Source of the DNA: Gekko japonicus
Lineage: Eukaryota
Assembly: GCF_001447785.1 (NCBI RefSeq)
Contig: NW_015174860.1
Location: 810,081-874,080, forward strand
Direction: 5' to 3'
Length of the DNA: 64,000 nt
A program made the translations under genes and the position numbers. The notes beneath the pieces are model-generated. The model was not told the origin of the DNA and did not search any database. It worked only from the letters and a program-made list of their open reading frames with translations. Positions 44,444 to 56,739 of the stretch are shown piece by piece. Position 1 is the stretch's first letter. Each line of letters opens with the position of its first letter.

Positions 44444-47400
44444 AGAAACCCACTTCTGCATCATTTAATCAACCAGATAATTTTTGGATCCTCCAAACTG
44501 CCAGTCTCAGCCTGTTCAATTTCAGTATTATATGTTCTGATTTCATATTGCGGCAGAATCTTAGCTCTCCAGGTATAATGATCTATCAGTTCTTACCATC
44601 AGTAGTATTTCTCCAATATAAAGGCTGTAGTTATAGTTGATAAACATACCATGCTCATCCTCTAACCATCCACTCTCACTGATTTTATGATATAAAAGTC
44701 ACTAGGGTCCCTTTTACACTGAAGGATTATTAACCAGGGCTGTGGATATTCTGTGCCAAATAGGTTCAAGGATTGCACTTTGAATAATTAGAGATCACAT
44801 TTAGCCCCCGTTTGATTCTGAGCATTTAGGTGACACTGACCGTATTTTCCAGTATTTTCTCTGCAATTATGAGGGTTAGAATGTGTGTTTAAACAGAACA
44901 AGAGTGAACGATTCTCAGGGTTTCTCGATCATGTGCCAACTTCTGTAATAGCCCAGTCAACAGACAGAATGTATGCAGCTTAGAATCTCTTAAATTTTGC
45001 CCTAGTGAGTCTTTGTAAGCCAAAAGTTTTGTTTTATCCTAGTGTAACCTAAGTGAAGCATTCTGCAATGCTGCAGACAAGCAGCAGGAGTTTGTGGCAG
45101 GCCTGGACAAGTGTAGAAGGGCCCAGGGGCATATTGCTAACATGCTCCTCTTATCCAGAGAGAGGCAATTGGAGACCCCCCCGAGCACAGGCTTCTGCAT
45201 GTGCCTGAATGGCACGATTTTCTGTTTCAGAATTGATTGGTTGCCCGGTTGCTAAAAGGCTGACCACTACAATGATCATTAATTTCAAGTAATTAAAAAT
45301 TTAATGTAGAAGTATCTAGGAAAATTTTGCAGTGCTTTATTTTAGCCAAAGAGCAAGCCCCTGCTTGGATGAAATGGGGGAAAAGTCATTCTTGGCTTTC
45401 TCCACCCACCCACCCCTTTTCCACATTGCTACAGTTCTACATTTTTCTTTGCTCATTTATCTCCCAGCAACTGTCTCAGCCTTTCCATTCCAGAATGCCT
45501 CATATTTTGAAAACAATCTTAATTTTTTTTAACTATCAGAAAAAAACCAGTCAGTGATTTTTGTCTCATATATGACTTCTGTACACACACTTGCAAGGAG
45601 TTTTCTGGAGAGGGTAAGGATTGTCCCTATCCCAAATATAATGTGGGGGAAACTTCATCCAACTTCTCTGAAGACCCTCTGCCTATATTCAACTGGCTCC
45701 TAATCTTCACTGTGCCTATTTGGAATTAATCTATTACTGGTAGGCATATTTTGCCTGTCTGGTAATTAATTTTTTTAAATAGTCAGCCAGGAGGCAGCCC
45801 ATTTGCTACTGAAATACACAAAGAAATCTGACTAGGAGAGAGAATAGATTGGATTGGCGTGAAAGAGTTACCAAGGAAATGGTGCAGCTAATTTTCCGCG
45901 TGTATTTTTCTGGTTAACCTCATGCACAAAGCCCTAACTGGCATGGGTAGAAGAAAGGAGGTGGAAAATCCTCTTCAAGCACCAGACTACTCTCTCACAA
46001 AGATGGGTATTGAAGGCAAATGGGCATCCCATTGGGGCAAGCTTTTGTGCTTTAAAGTTGTGCTGCTGTCAAACTGTGAGATCTGAGCAAAAATGCAACT
46101 TGAATGATAAAATTATGGAGTTTCCCATAGTGCTGAAACTCTGCCTTAATGTCATCAAATCAAAGAAAGGGAGGAGGGGTCCTTTGGCTGCCATTAGTAG
46201 ATCTTACTCTTGCTGGCAACAGAAAGAAGCCTATAGTGACCTTGTAGGCACAGGCCAGACATTCACTCTTCCACCTTCAAAGGGAAGGCTGGTTGAATAA
46301 CTTTTCTGCAGGGCTTATTTCTGTTGTCATGCACAGTGTTGTTTAGAATTCCTTAGGTGAGCTCAGTAAATTCATCCCAAAATACCTAGGCACTGCAAAG
46401 AAACTCTGCCTCTTCTCCTTGTCTGCCTATACAACTACAGCTGGTTATGTGGTCCTTTTGTCCCTTTACCAGAGAGATGTTTTATTTCTAAGGCATATGG
46501 GTCTAAGCCAAGATTTGCCCCAACATCGTGGTAGAATAGGTCTATCCAGAAGTGTGATACTACCTTTTCCCCTTTGCCTGGAATAGGAAGTGCCAGAGGG
46601 ATGATGTCAATCAAGATTCCTAACTTTCTTCTGTCCTGTTCCCATGAGCCCTTGCTGTTCCCTACAAGTCTGATGTACCCAATTGATCTCAGGAGATCGA
46701 AGCCATGTTTACACACTGGGGAGAAGGGAAGGGATGGCACCTCCTGTGAGAATCTAAATGGTTATGTTATATGAGGTGCCTTTGCACTGTTATCCACAGA
46801 CGTATTGAGATAAGTTGTCTAGTACAACGGCCAAACAAGGCCATCCCGTGGCTTGGGATGCTGATAGCAGAGAGCATCCTGATTAGATATGCAAGTGTCT
46901 AATTAGGATGCCCTCTGATATTAGATAACATCTATCTTTTGTGATGGTTTTCTGTCCCTGCTGGCTGGATTCGGTTTTTGCATTAGCTCTGTGGACAATA
47001 GCAAAGGCATGGATTTGTGGCAAGCCAAGAACTTGCAATACGTTTGCTAAAGCACAGGGGGCTGTGAGAGGCCTCTGCCATTGGTTTCCACTTGGATGTC
47101 TATTTTCCCTGCCATTAAGACCTTGGAGAGGTCTTCTCACCAATTCAATGTGGCACAGACCTCCCAAAGTTTTTTCTTTGATGTGATTCAGGCAATTTCT
47201 CCCTATTGAACAGGGTTACAAATATACAGAGTAGCGCAAGAAAGCTTCTCAAAGATAGCCAGCACATGGCTAGTAGGGAGCAAAATGTATAATGTATGTT
47301 CTGAATCTCCATTTTAACCACAGGAACATCCAAGTCAAGAAACTGAGAAACCCATTAAGATTAAGTTATGGCTGATACAGCGATGTTAGATGCATCCAAG

Positions 47401-48778
47401 CTTGGTCCTTCCCTGCCTTTGCTTTGGGTGATTGGGTGGAAAACGTGTATTGTGTACACAAGGCTCTTGATTAATTGGGATCTCTGACAGACATTCCAAA
47501 TGGGCCTCCTGGTCCCTACCAATCTGAAGGTGCTACAGTCCTTCTCATTGGCTGTTGCTTGCAAATGACATTGAATGCCACAGCCACCCAGCCTTTATTG
47601 ATATCAGTAGTGTGCTATCATTTAATGCACAGCTTGGGACAAATGCCTTTGTCTGCTACCTGGTAGCTGCCAATTTTAACAGGGGTTCGAGAGCACAGAA
47701 TGTTTCTATTCCATGAATTGTATCTGGGATCATAAAGCAGAGCGACATTTTGTTGGTGCAATTTCTCCTCACTTTTCCCTCAGTGACTCTGCTATTCAAA
47801 TAAGTCTGTAACAGTCCTCTCGAGGATAACAGCAGTGCAGGAGATTCCACCCAGCTGGCCTGTGCAGATCTAAGGTGCTTGTTTCTCTCTGTATAACTAT
47901 ACATATGTACATATATATCCTGTTCATGTAATTGAAGCCTTGAGGGTTGTCAGTGTACTCTGGAATTCAACTGGTGGTGTAATAGTCTTGGACTATGGGA
48001 GAAAATGCACACTGGCTGGTTTAAGGCAAGCACCCCTATCAAAAATTCGGTTTGATTTGATTGGCTACTTGGTATTTCAGAATAAGCACTGCTGCAGTCC
48101 AATCGATAGGTGCTCCAAGCCTAATAACATGTTTAATTTAGTAGAAAGCATCACTGCAGCAGTTGGAGATATTTTCTACCCCAGCATTTTGGGCTGCATA
48201 TAACAGCAGAGTTGCCTAGAGATAGGACAACTAGTCGGACTTTACCCAGTTCCTTTGTGTGCCATGGGAGGTTCTGCAACCTTGAGTGGACAAATAACTC
48301 AGCTACCTACACTGCTGCCCTCTATGGCTGTCTTATTTAACTTCTCTGTAATCTGTGGGGTCGCACTCTTTGGAAACCTCCTTGTGGTGAAGGGCCCTTC
48401 TTTGCCAGGGTCCTTCTTCCATAGTGCTCATGCTCTGCTAATGACGGCAGGAGTGACCTGATCTCTCCCTGGAGTCCCTTTAGCAAGTTGCTAATATTTA
48501 GCTCTGCATCACAGATAAGCTTTATCAGCCACTGCATTATTAACATCTGTAACAGGAATAACTTGAAAGCGGGACTGGAACTAAAAGGATCAGTGTACAA
48601 TTGCTCGAATTGCCAGCATATGCAGTAATACAGAATAATCACAGAAAATATAATAAAAGCTGTAGCTGAAAAAAGTGTTAGGTGAACAAATTACTTTCTT
48701 GTAAGACAAATTCAATACTGAAGCACTTTCAGCCTAAATTATACTTTATGGGTGTTTATTGCCACCAATTGCAACTGA

Positions 48779-49064
48779 GAGCCAGTTTGGTGTAGTGGTT
48801 AAGTGCATGGACTCTAGTCTGGGAGAACCGGGTTTGATTCCCCACTCCTCCACTTGCATCTGCTGGATGACCTTGGGCAAGCCATAGTTCTGGCATAGCT
48901 GTTCTTGAAAAGGAGCAGTTTCTGTCAGAGCTCTCTCAGCCCCACCTACCTCACAAGGTGTCTGTTGTGGGGAGGGGAAGGGAAAGGAGTTTATAAGCCA
49001 CTCTGAAACTCCCTTGGGTAGTGAAGGGTGGGGTATAAATCCAATCTCTTCTTCTTCGTCTTCT
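48779..49064 (+). mobile_element. tRNA-derived SINE (Squam3-like), full length
   Basis: Head gagccagtttggtgtagtggttaag, B box gggtttgattcccc, (TTC)n tail. Confidence 0.88.
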
Positions 49065-50891
49065 AAAACATAGCCCTGAGGCCTCATTCTGTTGGGGTGT
49101 GTGATTTGCAGACACCATCTGGAGAATGTGCAATCCCACTGTAATTCTTGGTATCTGTTTGCTAATGATGAGAATGGCCAAACAGCCTGGGTGTACTTCT
49201 CAGAGAGGGAGTAACTCACCAAGAGTGGTCCCATGACTTGTATGCATTAGGGTGTCCATGCCTGCATTTTAGCTTTTTCTAGCAACACCATCCTGGTGCA
49301 CTGGTCAGTTTTTTTCTAAATATTTGAAAGATGTAAATCAGCCAATAGCCCATATGCAGGGCTGCACATAAATCAGTAAAGCAGGCATTGGCAATCTGGC
49401 TCCCACATCAGTTATTTGGAGGTACACTTGAAACCTGATCTAGGCATACGTACTTAAAATTAAGCCCTATGGAGTTCAATGGGACTTAGTATTGTGAGTT
49501 GCATTAAACCAGCCAGAGGTGGGACACTGCTGTGTGCATAGCTGGATGGTCATAGCCAGCCCTCTGTTCATACCTGGTGCTTTCTCCCCCTCCTTCCTCC
49601 CCATGCTGTTTTTCTCCCCCTCCTTGTTGGTTTTCTTGGAATTGTAATGTCCTCACTGAGCACCCCACCCTGACCCCGCAGGCACCTTGCTGTATGGGGG
49701 CTATTTGCACAGTGATGTACAAGATGCCAGACCTTGTGCCGGGTTCGACACAAAGGTTCCTCATTTGTCTTTTCTGTTTGCTCTTGTAGGATAAGGATAT
49801 GCTGTAAATAACCTCTAATTGAATGACCTGAATGAATCTGATCGTCCAGCCATGGGGGCTGGGCCCTGTGTCTGTGATGCGTCCTGCTGGGGTTTTTTGT
49901 ACTATGTGTGAGTAACTGTGCTGTGCTGACTCATTTCTGATTGTATGATGTGTACCTCCCAGCAGTCGCTATGAGCCAGTGGAAGAAGGCAGGAGCAAAG
50001 TGCCTCCTTCCAACAGGACTTGGCCGACACCACCCCCCCAGTCTCTCATGCTGCGCACTCTGCATTCGCTCAGTATTTTCCACTGTTGGTAATGATGAGC
50101 TGAAAGAGCTCAAGGAAGACCGGCGCAATAACAGTAGAAAGCTCACTGCTGCCTTCCCAGCCACTCTGTTCTGGTGCTATTGTAATGGGGTTCCAGGTAG
50201 GCAAGCACTTCTGGTGAGCCCTTGTTATGTAGGGTAAAAGTAGCAGACTCTGATATGTACAGACAGGCTGGAATTTTGAGTTGTGTTAGTGGAATCAGGG
50301 AAATTCCTGAAGAGAGAGAGGGAATATTCTTAGATTCCCAGAATTATCCCATCATTTAGTTCTCGCTTCCTGGTTTATTTGTTTTAGCCAAACAAACTCA
50401 GTGAGATATTTGAAGACATGGCTTACTTATCACAGCTAACTATGAAGTGCAAGCACATTACAGTCTATGGTATGTACAGGATATGGTTCCCACCTATCTT
50501 AGAAAAAGCCTTACCTTTGCACCCATGAACTCAAAAAAGATGAACATTCAACATTGCCCATTGACTAGCATTGAGTTACAGTGCTTGTTAAGAAAAAATA
50601 TCCCAAGTTTAACTTGTACATAATTCAGAGGGTTCATATATGGCCGGGCAGCACTGCTAGCAGAGGACAGGGCAGATAAACACTCCTAAAGTAATTTCTA
50701 TTCTGCCTCCCACCCTATTTGTAAACCAGACTATGAGATGAACTCAAGGTGCATTTTTCCAGGGATTTCATTATGTGAAGACTAGGTTTATGAGAGCTTC
50801 AACTTGAGTCCAGATTTCATCCTGAAAATCTTCCAAAGGTGGTAACTTGCAACCTGGACGGATCACAGCATTCCCAAGACCATTCCCAAGA

Positions 50892-50965
50892 GCCAGTTTG
50901 GTGTAGTAGTTAAGTGCACGGACTCTAATCTGGGAGAACCGGGTTTGATTCCCCACTCCTCCACA
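50892..50965 (+). mobile_element. Head-only (tailless) copy of the tRNA-derived SINE
   Basis: Only the tRNA-like 74 nt present; flanked by a 19-bp duplication gatcacag(c/t)attcccaaga. Confidence 0.8.
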
Positions 50966-53032
50966 GATCACAGTATTCCCAAGATGCATTCATTGTGCCA
51001 AAATTCACTGTAGAAGTTCTAAATTATCTAAACTGGCTTGTTTGTGTCTAAAACGTTTCTCAGGCAAATTGGGGGACATTTTTGCAGTCAGAAGTCCTAA
51101 TCCCTTTTCAGGTTGAAAAGTCTCCTTGATGCTTTCAGGCAGACACACTAGAAACGTAGCTTCTCCGAAGCTTGCTCAGGATGAATCTTTATGTATGGCT
51201 CTTGTGGCTGCTGGCACAATGACCCCCCAGCCCCTTAGCTTGGAGTGGAAAAGCCTGTGGAAAGTAATACTTACATGGTGACAAGGGACCTTAATTCTAT
51301 CATTATTATCTCAACTGTGCACAATCTTAGAGATGGGAATGCTGTCAGCCTGCACAGAAGCCCATATAGATGGTGTCTTAGTAGAATCCTTGCTGCACAT
51401 TCATTCCATCCCACTCTTTTGCTTAGCCTGCCAAGAGACTAAGGTTGCGGTTCTAAGAACACTAGACCTGGATAGACCTGTTATAATAACAGGGACTTAC
51501 ATCTGAATAAACATTAGAATTGTGCTGTAAATTGCACTGACAGGGAGTGGAAAGGACAGTATGGCACTGTGAGAGGCTTTGGATGCCTGACATGAGAAAG
51601 AGAACCATTGAATTCACCCCTTATGAAATTAAATGAGAGATAGAGTCAGGAAGGTGGTGGTGGTTGGAAAGTCTGTTGGCCAGATAGTGCTTCTGACATG
51701 AGAGGTTTGTTGCCTTGGAAGCACACTTACCTAAGTGATGTTGCCAATGTCCATTTGAACATCCCTCTCCATACCTTCCAGATGGCTCTCAAACTGAAAT
51801 CTGGAACAGGTATCACAGGTGAAATACTTCCTCAGCCATGTTCCCTGAAACTTTCCTTGGCTGAAGATGCCTAGGATCTTGCACATACAAAGCAAAGGCT
51901 ATGGAATCAGGAAGAAGTTCGTTCATTGGGCCAGCCTGAGCAGAGAAGACCCAGTACCAGCACTGAGCATCAATTGGCTAAAGAGCAGTGAGATGAACAC
52001 AGAAAGTCAAGAGTGGAACCTCATGTCATACACACCATTCTTCAGCAGAGGGAGGGGAAGAGAGGGCCAGGCTTTAATGCTATTCTAACTTCACCCCTAT
52101 GTTGCAAAAAATAAAAATGGGGAATTTGGGAATTTCATCCATCTGATCATGAAACTCCAAAGGGCAAAGCTGGATGTTCCCTAGTGGCTCCTACTTGGAG
52201 CATTGGTGCTAAGTAGCTGGGGGTTTCAGTCCCACAGAAAGCTAGAAGGAGGCAGCTGGAACACTGATAATTGCACTAATTCATCGATCCATCGGCAAAC
52301 GTAGCATCCCTTCCCCACCGTCCCTGCCAAAGACGTGTGACCCTTCCGCTCTTGCCAAGTCAGGAATCTTGGCTTGGGGTGAAGCTGGGAAAGCACCAAA
52401 GTCAAGGGTGTCCTTGGCTCATTAGCTACTGCTGACTGGTGGCTCAAACTTTACGATTTTAGCTTTTTTTCTAATTAAAATGCATTTTTTTAAAAATTAA
52501 AAAGTGAAAGAATTCCTGTTTTAGAAGAGCTGTGTACTTGATGGATTCTGTGTTTCTTACCTGCATGGTATTCCTTCCAGGGGTTTTATAGCACTTTTTA
52601 AATTTCTCAGAAGATTTTGGTCCCAGTTTCTATGCTACTTTCTCTCTTGCTTTGTCTCTCTTTCTCTCTTTCTCTCTTTTTGTTTGTTTGTTTTGGTTCT
52701 CTTTCTTTCTCAGAACTAGTTCTTTGTAAACCTGCAAACTGTTTTATACCTGATGTAGACAAAATGAAATCAAAAAATTCCAGATGTTGTACATAACTGC
52801 GGAAACAATCATGGGGGAACAACTGCCATCTGGACTGTTTCCAACACAAACCATTTGTACTTGTGGTAAAAAAAAAAAGGAAAGAAGCCAGGGAAAAGGC
52901 TTTAAAAGCAAAAATAATAAAAAAGCAAACCACACAGCCCTCTTCACCAACTCATCTGTCTGCTGAGCTGCTCATCCCATGCGGCATGTTTCTTCTGGGT
53001 CCGTCAGTCTGTCTTAACACCATTTGAAGTGA

Positions 53033-53038
53033 AATAAA
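53033..53038 (+). terminator. Candidate distal polyadenylation signal
   Basis: AATAAA with upstream TGTA elements and downstream tgtgtt / ctctgttt; TE density rises after it. Confidence 0.55.
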
Positions 53039-53658
53039 GTTATCTCCTGTGTTGCCTGCATGTCAATCCTCTCTGTTTGGAAGCATCCTACAAGAACCAG
53101 AACTCTGTCCCCTTTTGGTCCAGAAGGTAAAATCTGATTCAAGGAATCACCTGCTACAACCCACTGAATCTGTACCACTTCAGAGTCCAGGTGGATGGTG
53201 GTAGGACTGGTTGCTCCCTGCCATGTGAAGTCACCTGCACATGAGGGAGAAGAGATGGTTCGGCTATCTGATGGCAGCTGTCCACGGCAAGGGGAGCGTT
53301 CTCCCATTCCTTCCCACTTACATTCTGAAGTGGTAGAGTTCCTACCGTGTTGCTTGTTTGATTCCTTGCAGATTGCCCTTGAGCAGAGGGAAGTTGTATG
53401 TGGCTGTGTGTCCATTCTTCTCATCCCATCACTGCCTTATGTCGACCACAGTCATAGCTCTAGAAGGGTAATACGGAACGGGCCCCGCTTTTCTTCAGGG
53501 GGTTGTCTGTCAGGTCTTGTGGGTTTTGAACACACAGTGTAGGGATGCAGCTTTGTTCTGCGGCTTCTGGATCTAATACCCTTGTAAAATCAGAGTCAGG
53601 ATCTGCTTTGGTCAATATTGCAGTTAAGAGTTAATTATGAAGTCCTGTAGTCCTGATT

Positions 53659-54037
53659 GCCCTGACCTGGATAGCACAGGCTAACCCGATCTCATCAGAT
53701 CTCAGAAGCTAAGCAGTGTTGGCTCTAGAACAAAGTCGAATCCCGTGGCACCTTTAAGACCAACGAGCACACAAAAAGTGAGTAAATTTTTGAGTAAAAT
53801 TTTATTGGCCTTAACGGTGCCACTGGACTCAAATTTTGTTCTGCTGCTTCAGACCAACACAGCTACCCACCTGGATCTAGTGGTCATGGTTAGTATTTGG
53901 GTGGGAGACCACCAAGGAATACCAGGGTCATGACATGGAGGCAAGCAATAGCAAACTGCCTCTGAACGTCTCTTGCCTTGAAAATTTTAGGGGGTCACCA
54001 ACCATAAGTCAGCTGTGACTTGATGGCAAAAAAAAAA
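53659..54037 (+). mobile_element. 5S rRNA-derived SINE with A tail, interrupted by a Penelope-like insert
   Basis: cccgatctcatcagatctcagaagctaagcag ... ggttagtatttgggtgggagacc; TSD-like tagtcctgatt / tagttctgttt (9/11). Confidence 0.8.
53727..53880. mobile_element. Penelope-like terminal fragment with inverted repeat
   Basis: agaacaaag...gtggcacctttaagaccaa is inverted relative to ttggccttaacggtgccactggactcaaattttgttct; related to 29561-29690. Confidence 0.6.
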
Positions 54038-55354
54038 TAGTTCTGTTTCTACTGGCTTACCTGACAATATCCTATTTGGGAGATTTGTTAAGCACTAAGG
54101 GGGAAAGTTGCAGGCCCTGACCAGCTAGTTTAGCAATCAACAAGCTGTCTGAGTTGCTTGTAAATGAGGAGAAGCACCCCATTCCACCTACTTCATCATA
54201 GCTTTGCTGCAGTTATCAGACCAAAGCCATAGCAAATCTGTGACTGCAGGAACAGGTTCGGTTGCAGTTACCAATATCAGGGCTTCAAAGCCCTTCTGCA
54301 AGAGTTCATATCTTTCGAATGGCTCTTGGCTGCCAGAACTAATCCAACTGATTCTCAAACTTCAGACCTCTTTTTGAATTTAACCCAATGGCTGTAGATT
54401 TCCTTGCGGTTGTGGCAGCCTGATGTCAGCATGATGCCTCACGTTGACCAGACAGTAGATATTTGCTCTCCATTACCTGACCATTTAGCGCCCTTTGGGA
54501 TGCACTCTTTTGAGTCATCGTGTCCATTTACTGGGGAAAGCATGGCAGCTCTCTGTTCTGCATGGGCTCTTTGTTTCCCGCTCCTTGGTCACTCTGCTTG
54601 CTCACCCAGCCTCATGAGACCTGACAGGGCTCTGTTTGCATTTTGAAGAGCAATGACATGCTTTAACTGTGTCTCATCCATCCAGGAGAAAGCACCTTGC
54701 CAGTGCTACCACTCGACATAAGGGGCTGGCAGTGCTGGCAAGTTGATATCCTGCATAGGAAAGAGAAGTATTCAAAAGCAGGATTTGACTGGACTTTGGA
54801 GTTGCTGGATACCTACCTCAAAGAATGCTGTCTGGTACAGAAAACTGGTGCTGAACTGCAACTCACTAAGCTAAAACCTGCACAGGGACAAGATGCCTTT
54901 CTGTCTTCAGCAGATACCAGCTCCAATTGATCACCAACAGTACCTTCATAGCGTCTGCATTTGAGAGGCTGCATTTTTAAACTCTTACATACATATCCTC
55001 TGCTTTTGTTTCCAATGGGGATCTAAAGTGGCTTGCAACATCCTTCTCCCCTCCTCTGTTCTATCCATTTCATAATGAGTAGCTTAGGGAGGGTGAGTTA
55101 GTCAGTTGTCCTTTGCACCAGCCTTAATAACTCAGAATGAAGAGATACGGGAAGAGTACCAGAACTGGCCAGAACGCTTGTTCCCTGTTCCCCTCTCCCA
55201 AGACATTTTATTAGATCCCATGACTTCATTCTGCTCATGGCAGCACTTCAAGGTAAGGAGAGTTCCTTGGAAAGAAGAGCATCTTGAGTTGGAAAATGCT
55301 GTTAATGGAATGAAGTAACAGGAGCCCACCTGTAATTACTTTGCATGCTGGGAC

Positions 55355-56134
55355 TGTCATAACCTAGCATTCTCAAGTCTGGCCACTCTGTTTTTTCTCC
55401 AGCAATCCACTTTTGCTCGTTGAAGAGAACCAAAGCTGGACTTATCCAACCAGACAGGGACAGGGAATACTGTCCAAAGGAACATTATTACCACAAGGTG
55501 GACTAAGATACCCAGTCATACCAATAAGAAGTACTTTGGGACCATGGAGGAGTTTCGGCACTCTCCCATCACAACAGCAGTTGCTTCTCAGCTCTTCTCC
55601 CCACCCCATGCTGAAAATACTGGCTTTACCAAAGCCCTCTAGCAAGAGACCTATGCTACAAAGCCATTGCAGGTGGACCAGGGACCAGGGAATTTCAGAA
55701 TAATGGCAGACATGAAAGATTTTGCTTTGAAAGAAGGATATAATTTATCAGAGCCCCAAAAGCCGGCAATCACCATTAAAACACACTTCCAGATCAGTAG
55801 CCTGCCCCTGCTCTTACTAGGGGAAACTACACAAAGGAGACGTGAAAGATTTTGCTTTGAAAGAAGAATATCATTTATCAGAGCCCCAAAAGCAGGCAAT
55901 CCCCATTAAAACACACTTCCAGGTCAGTAGCCTGCCCCTGATCTTACTAGGGGAAACTACACAAAGGAGACAAATCAATGGGTGGCTGGGGGTGCTTAGC
56001 CTTTTTCTGCGCTTGCAACTTGTCCTACAGAGGCATAGCCTGGGTGGGACCAATGGGTACACCACTCATACCCAGAGTACTAGTTTATCTTACCATTGTT
56101 TTTTTTTATGGGGTGGGATATTAGTGTCATGACT
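55355..56134. mobile_element. Possible solo LTR
   Basis: Starts TGTCATAAC, ends GTCATGAC; contains the 130-bp duplication; no TSD found. Confidence 0.25.
55713..55971. repeat. 130-bp tandem duplication
   Basis: tgaaagattttgctttg...acaaaggagac at 55713-55842 and 55843-55971. Confidence 0.92.
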
Positions 56135-56195
56135 ACTTCCATTTAAAGAACAAGAGATTGGTTTTAAGATAGTGAAATTCTAAGTTAAAAAAAAC

Positions 56196-56460
56196 TAGGG
56201 ATGGGCATGAACCGGCTCATGAACATAAGTTTGTGATGAATTTTGGGCGGCTCATGGTTCACAAACCAAAGTTTGCAAACTGAAGAGCCACCACAAACTT
56301 CCATGAATTTTAAAGCAGAAAACAGGGGTTTAAGTGGCTTGCTCGGAGCCATTTAAACACTTTCTCCTCCCTACCAATCAGAAAGCAGGGGTCACAAACC
56401 AATTCAGTTTGCAAACCAACCTCCTGGTTTGAATCAGCTTGTGGTTAAGTACATGGTTTG
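56196..56460. mobile_element. Degenerate non-autonomous DNA element
   Basis: Begins tagggatgggcatgaacc, with repeated gaac/gttc/aaacc subterminal motifs; right end unclear. Confidence 0.4.
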
Positions 56461-56739
56461 GCCCTTTAAAAGACTTTAAAATTCCTTCCACTGTCCTCTG
56501 AATGGTAATATTCCAGATTCTATCCACCTTACCTATGCAACCTTGCTGGCTGAAAATTTTCCTGGGCTTAGAGGGAGCACTTTGAGATCACTAAAATCCT
56601 TATGATGCTGGGGCAGGGGGGAGATTTTCAGTTCCTACCTGGGAGCTCGGCAGGGTAGCTAAAAGGATAAGGGAAGTTCCCCAGCAATTTTCATTTTCTC
56701 CAGCTTATATATCCAGTGCTTACAATTCATGGACATTGT

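Larger units (their letters stand above)
42387..53060 (+). other. NAV1: Probable long NAV1 3' UTR (~10.7 kb)
   Basis: Follows the stop codon; low TE density compared with the flanks; U-rich terminal block at 52450-53040 ending in AATAAA. Extent is inferred. Confidence 0.55.

Noticed and set aside
50892-50965. tRNA gene
   Set aside because: The acceptor stem does not pair and the sequence equals the head of the SINE copies at 5714, 35852 and 48779.
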